The translations under genes and the position numbers were made by a program. Under the pieces are notes generated by a model. That model did not search any database. It was not told the origin of the DNA and saw only the letters and a list, made by a program, of their open reading frames with translations. Shown here in pieces: positions 61,131-64,000 of a stretch of 64,000 nt of DNA (positions are counted from its first letter, which is position 1; the number at the start of each line of letters is the position of its first letter). Origin of the DNA: Candidatus Latescibacterota bacterium (GTDB lineage: Bacteria > Latescibacterota > UBA2968 > UBA8231); NCBI GenBank assembly GCA_965243025.1, contig CBDETY010000003.1, positions 1,824,001 to 1,888,000 of the forward strand, read 5' to 3'.

Positions 61131-61206
61131 GGGGCAGTAGCTCAGTTGGGAGAGCGCGGGCTTTGCAAGCCTGAGGTCGTCGGTTCGATCCCGATCTGCT
61201 CCACCA
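61131..61206 (+). tRNA. tRNA-Ala(TGC)
   Basis: GGGGCAG/CTGCTCC acceptor with G3:U70, anticodon arm CGGGC-TT TGC AA-GCCTG, GGTTCGATCC, encoded CCA. Confidence 0.97.
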
Positions 61207-61246
61207 CCCTTCCTCACGGACACCGGCCTCAACGGCAGGCTCACCT

Positions 61247-62119
61247 CTACCTGATGTAGAGCGCCCCCATGCTCACCGCGAGCCAGAGCAAGATCGCTGC
61301 CTGAAGCGGGCGGTCCCGCCAGACTACTTCCTCCGGCTCCGCCCCTTCCTCCCGCCGGTAAACAAGGAACAGGTATCTCAGGACTCCGTAGAGCACGAAC
61401 GGAATCGTCCACTGCATGTTGGGGTCCGCCTGCCCTCGATCTTCGCCGACTCCCATCGCGTAAAGTGCGTAACAAATCAAAGTCCCGGACGTAAGGATGG
61501 AGATCACCTGATCGAGAAAGGGAAGGGTATATTCCCCCAGAGTGGCGCGGTGTGCCTCGGCTGCCCCCCCAAGGATCACCAACTCCTGCCGGCGCTTGAT
61601 AACGGAAACAAACAAGGTGACCGAGAAGGCGCAGAGTACGAACCAGGTGGAAATGTACACGTCGATTACCACCGCCCCTCCCAGGGCTCTCAGGAGATAA
61701 CCCGAGGCGACACACAACACGTCGACCAGTACTACATGCTTGAGGCGGACGGAATAGGCGAAGTTCAGGACCGTGTAGACCACCGTGACCCATCCGAAAT
61801 GGCTGTCGAGCAGGAAGGCGCAGCCCCCACCCCCAGCGATCAGAAGCAGGCTGGCGACGATTGCGGCCGGCACGGACAGCGCTCCCGATGCCAGGGGTCT
61901 TTTTGATTTTTGCGGGTGCTTACGATCCTGCTCCAAGTCGAGCAGGTCGTTGACCAGATAGATCCCGGCGCTCAAGGACCAGAAACAGAGAAAGGCGCCG
62001 AATGTGCGGCTGGCGAACGACAGTTCCAGCAGATTTTCGGAGAAAACCAGGGGGGGAAAGACGAACAGGTTCTTCAGCCACTGGCGAGGACGGGTGGACG
62101 ACCACAGTTCAACGAACAT
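61247..62119 (-). CDS. UbiA-family prenyltransferase (decaprenyl-phosphate phosphoribosyltransferase-like)
   Basis: RPRQWLKNLFVF, YLVNDLLDLEQDRKHPQKSKRPLASG, KRRQE, YGVLRY. Confidence 0.88.
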   Translation of the reverse strand: MFVELWSSTRPRQWLKNLFVFPPLVFSENLLELSFASRTFGAFLCFWSLSAGIYLVNDLLDLEQDRKHPQKSKRPLASGALSVPAAIVASLLLIAGGGGCAFLLDSHFGWVTVVYTVLNFAYSVRLKHVVLVDVLCVASGYLLRALGGAVVIDVYISTWFVLCAFSVTLFVSVIKRRQELVILGGAAEAHRATLGEYTLPFLDQVISILTSGTLICYALYAMGVGEDRGQADPNMQWTIPFVLYGVLRYLFLVYRREEGAEPEEVVWRDRPLQAAILLWLAVSMGALYIR

Positions 62120-62307
62120 ACGCGGTGGGGGCCGGCGTTCTGTCAGGAATGGACGGTGATGCGGAAAGTGCCCTGAAACCGCAATGGTATCGCGCTTTCA
62201 AGGCGGTTTCCTTAAAGGCGACTGAGTTCCGGGCTGGAAGTGTATGTACTCTGCGGGATTCCGGCACCGGCCAAACCACTCACCTGCAGGGCGGCCCGTA
62301 TCGGGCA

Positions 62308-62868
62308 CTACACTTCCAGAATCTCTTTCGCCTTCGACTCGATAATCTCGTCGACCTGCTTGACGAAGCCGTCGGTCAGCTTCTGGATGTGGTCGTGGGC
62401 GGAGCGGGCTTCGTCTTCGCTGATGTCCCCGTCCTTCTTGGCCTCATCGACGAAGTCGAGACCATCCCGGCGACCGTGCCTTACCGCTACCCGCCCTTCC
62501 TCGGCCCGGCTGCGGGCGATCCTGGTCAATTCGATGCGGCGCTCACCGGTCAGTTCCGGGATCGGGAGGCGAATGAGGGTACCGTCGTTGGACGGATTCA
62601 ACCCCAGGTTCTTGTCGGCGAGAATGGCCTTTTCTATGTCCGGTATCAGATTCTGTTCGTACGGACGAACCGCGATCAGCCTGGGTTCCGGAATGCTTAT
62701 TGCCGCGAGCTGGTTCAGGGGAGTGGGTGTGCCGTAGTAGTCGATGCGAATTCCGTCGAGCAGGGAGGCCGAGGCCCTGCCGGTGCGAATTCCTGCGAGA
62801 TCGCGCTTCAGGGCATCTATGGAGTTGCTCATCTGCCGCCGAACTTCCTCGTAGATCTCCTCCAACAT
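62308..62868 (-). CDS. frr: Ribosome recycling factor
   Basis: IRTGRAS, YYGTPTPL, LNPSNDG, PELTGERR, IQKLTD. Confidence 0.97.
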   Translation of the reverse strand: MLEEIYEEVRRQMSNSIDALKRDLAGIRTGRASASLLDGIRIDYYGTPTPLNQLAAISIPEPRLIAVRPYEQNLIPDIEKAILADKNLGLNPSNDGTLIRLPIPELTGERRIELTRIARSRAEEGRVAVRHGRRDGLDFVDEAKKDGDISEDEARSAHDHIQKLTDGFVKQVDEIIESKAKEILEV

Positions 62869-62904
62869 GATCTCGTCTCCAGCGAGGAATTCCCCAATGA
62901 TCGC

Positions 62905-63510
62905 CTACTGTTTGCCCTCACCCAGCCGAAATACCGAAAAGCGACTGATCGAAATCTTCTCGCCGACCTTTGATGTCAATTCCGTGACCAGATCTTCAAT
63001 CGACTGGTCACTGTTCTTGACAAATGGCTGCTCGAGGAGGCAGACCTCCTGGAAGAATTTCTCAAGCCTCCCGGAGACGATCTTCTCGGCGATATGATCA
63101 GGCTTGCCTTCGTTTTTGGCCTGTTCGAGGTAGATCTCGCGTTCGTGGGCGATCACCTCCTGGTCGATTGAACCTCTGTCGACGGCGCGCGGCTGTTCGG
63201 CGGCGATGTGCATCGCCACGTCCTTGGCGAACTGCTGAAAGTCGTCGGTTCGCGCGACGAAATCAGTCTCGCAGTTTACTTCGACCAGGACGCCGAGGCG
63301 GTTGCCGGGATGGATGTAGGAAGTCACCAGCCCCTCGTGCGCCGCACGCGCCGCGCGCTTTTCCACGGCTGCCATTCCCTGCTTCCGCAGGTAGTCCACT
63401 GCCTTGTCGATATCGCCATTGGTTTCCTGCAAGGCCTTCTTGCAGTCCATCAACCCGATCCCCGTCTGTTCCCGAAGCTGCCTGACAACGGCCGCCGAGA
63501 TGTCCGCCAT
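62905..63510 (-). CDS. tsf: Elongation factor Ts (short form)
   Basis: LREQTGIGLMDCKKAL, EVNCETDFVAR, LLEQPFVK. Confidence 0.97.
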   Translation of the reverse strand: MADISAAVVRQLREQTGIGLMDCKKALQETNGDIDKAVDYLRKQGMAAVEKRAARAAHEGLVTSYIHPGNRLGVLVEVNCETDFVARTDDFQQFAKDVAMHIAAEQPRAVDRGSIDQEVIAHEREIYLEQAKNEGKPDHIAEKIVSGRLEKFFQEVCLLEQPFVKNSDQSIEDLVTELTSKVGEKISISRFSVFRLGEGKQ

Positions 63511-63551
63511 TCCTGTGTCCCTTTCCCTTTGCAGATTGTCGCCCGTGCTTC

Positions 63552-64000
63552 CTACGGCGTTCGCTCCGCCGCCCCGGAACCGGTTGCCGAAGGGCCGCCA
63601 GGGGTCGACGACATGGAACTCCCGGAATCGGCGGAAAGAGGAATCGAGCCGGCCTCCGCAACAGGCTGGTCCAACGCTTCCCGATCAACACCTTCCGCGG
63701 CTACCGCTTCCGCTTCATCCGAGGCCGCCCGGCCTTCGATCACCGCGTCGGCAATCAACGTCGTAATCAACTCGATGGATCGCAGCGCGTCGTCGTTTCC
63801 CGGGATCGGATAGGTCACGAGATCGGGGTCGCAGTTCGTGTCGACGATGGCGACCGAGGGCACCCCGAGCTTCCTCGCCTCGGAGATTGCCAGCTTCTCT
63901 TTTTTGATGTCGACTATGTAAACAAGACCCGGGAGGGTCGCCATCTTGCGAATGCCCGCAAGGGTCTTGGCCATGCGCGCCCGTTCCTTCTCGAGCAGCA
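63552..64000 (-). CDS. rpsB: 30S ribosomal protein S2, 5' end outside the window
   Basis: [35 protein letters not shown]; lies directly upstream of tsf. Confidence 0.95.
   Translation of the reverse strand, partial: LLEKERARMAKTLAGIRKMATLPGLVYIVDIKKEKLAISEARKLGVPSVAIVDTNCDPDLVTYPIPGNDDALRSIELITTLIADAVIEGRAASDEAEAVAAEGVDREALDQPVAEAGSIPLSADSGSSMSSTPGGPSATGSGAAERTP

Overview
High-GC bacterial chromosomal window of mostly core genes. The gene style suggests a Latescibacterota/Gemmatimonadota-like lineage (inference). It contains enolase, two ssb genes, an orphan second ftsA, mltG-pcrA-mtaB-miaB, a dcw cluster (mraZ-rsmH-ftsL-ftsI-murE-murF-ftsW-murC-ftsQ-ftsA-ftsZ) lacking mraY/murD/murG/murB/ddl, purE, kptA, trmB, a cysK-merR-iscA-iscS-moeB sulfur/Fe-S cluster, thiolase, rpsB-tsf-frr without pyrH, tRNA-Thr(CGT) and tRNA-Ala(TGC). 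I found no integrase, transposase, CRISPR array or prophage. The best candidates for uncharacterised systems are (1) a translationally coupled three-gene module of a degenerate SF1 helicase, an intact UvrD-like helicase and a stand-alone Fe-S PD-(D/E)XK nuclease, resembling a split AdnAB/AddAB machine, and (2) a Cys-rich MerR regulator sitting where IscR normally sits, ahead of iscA-iscS. All calls come from motif reading by eye, and several start codons are uncertain.
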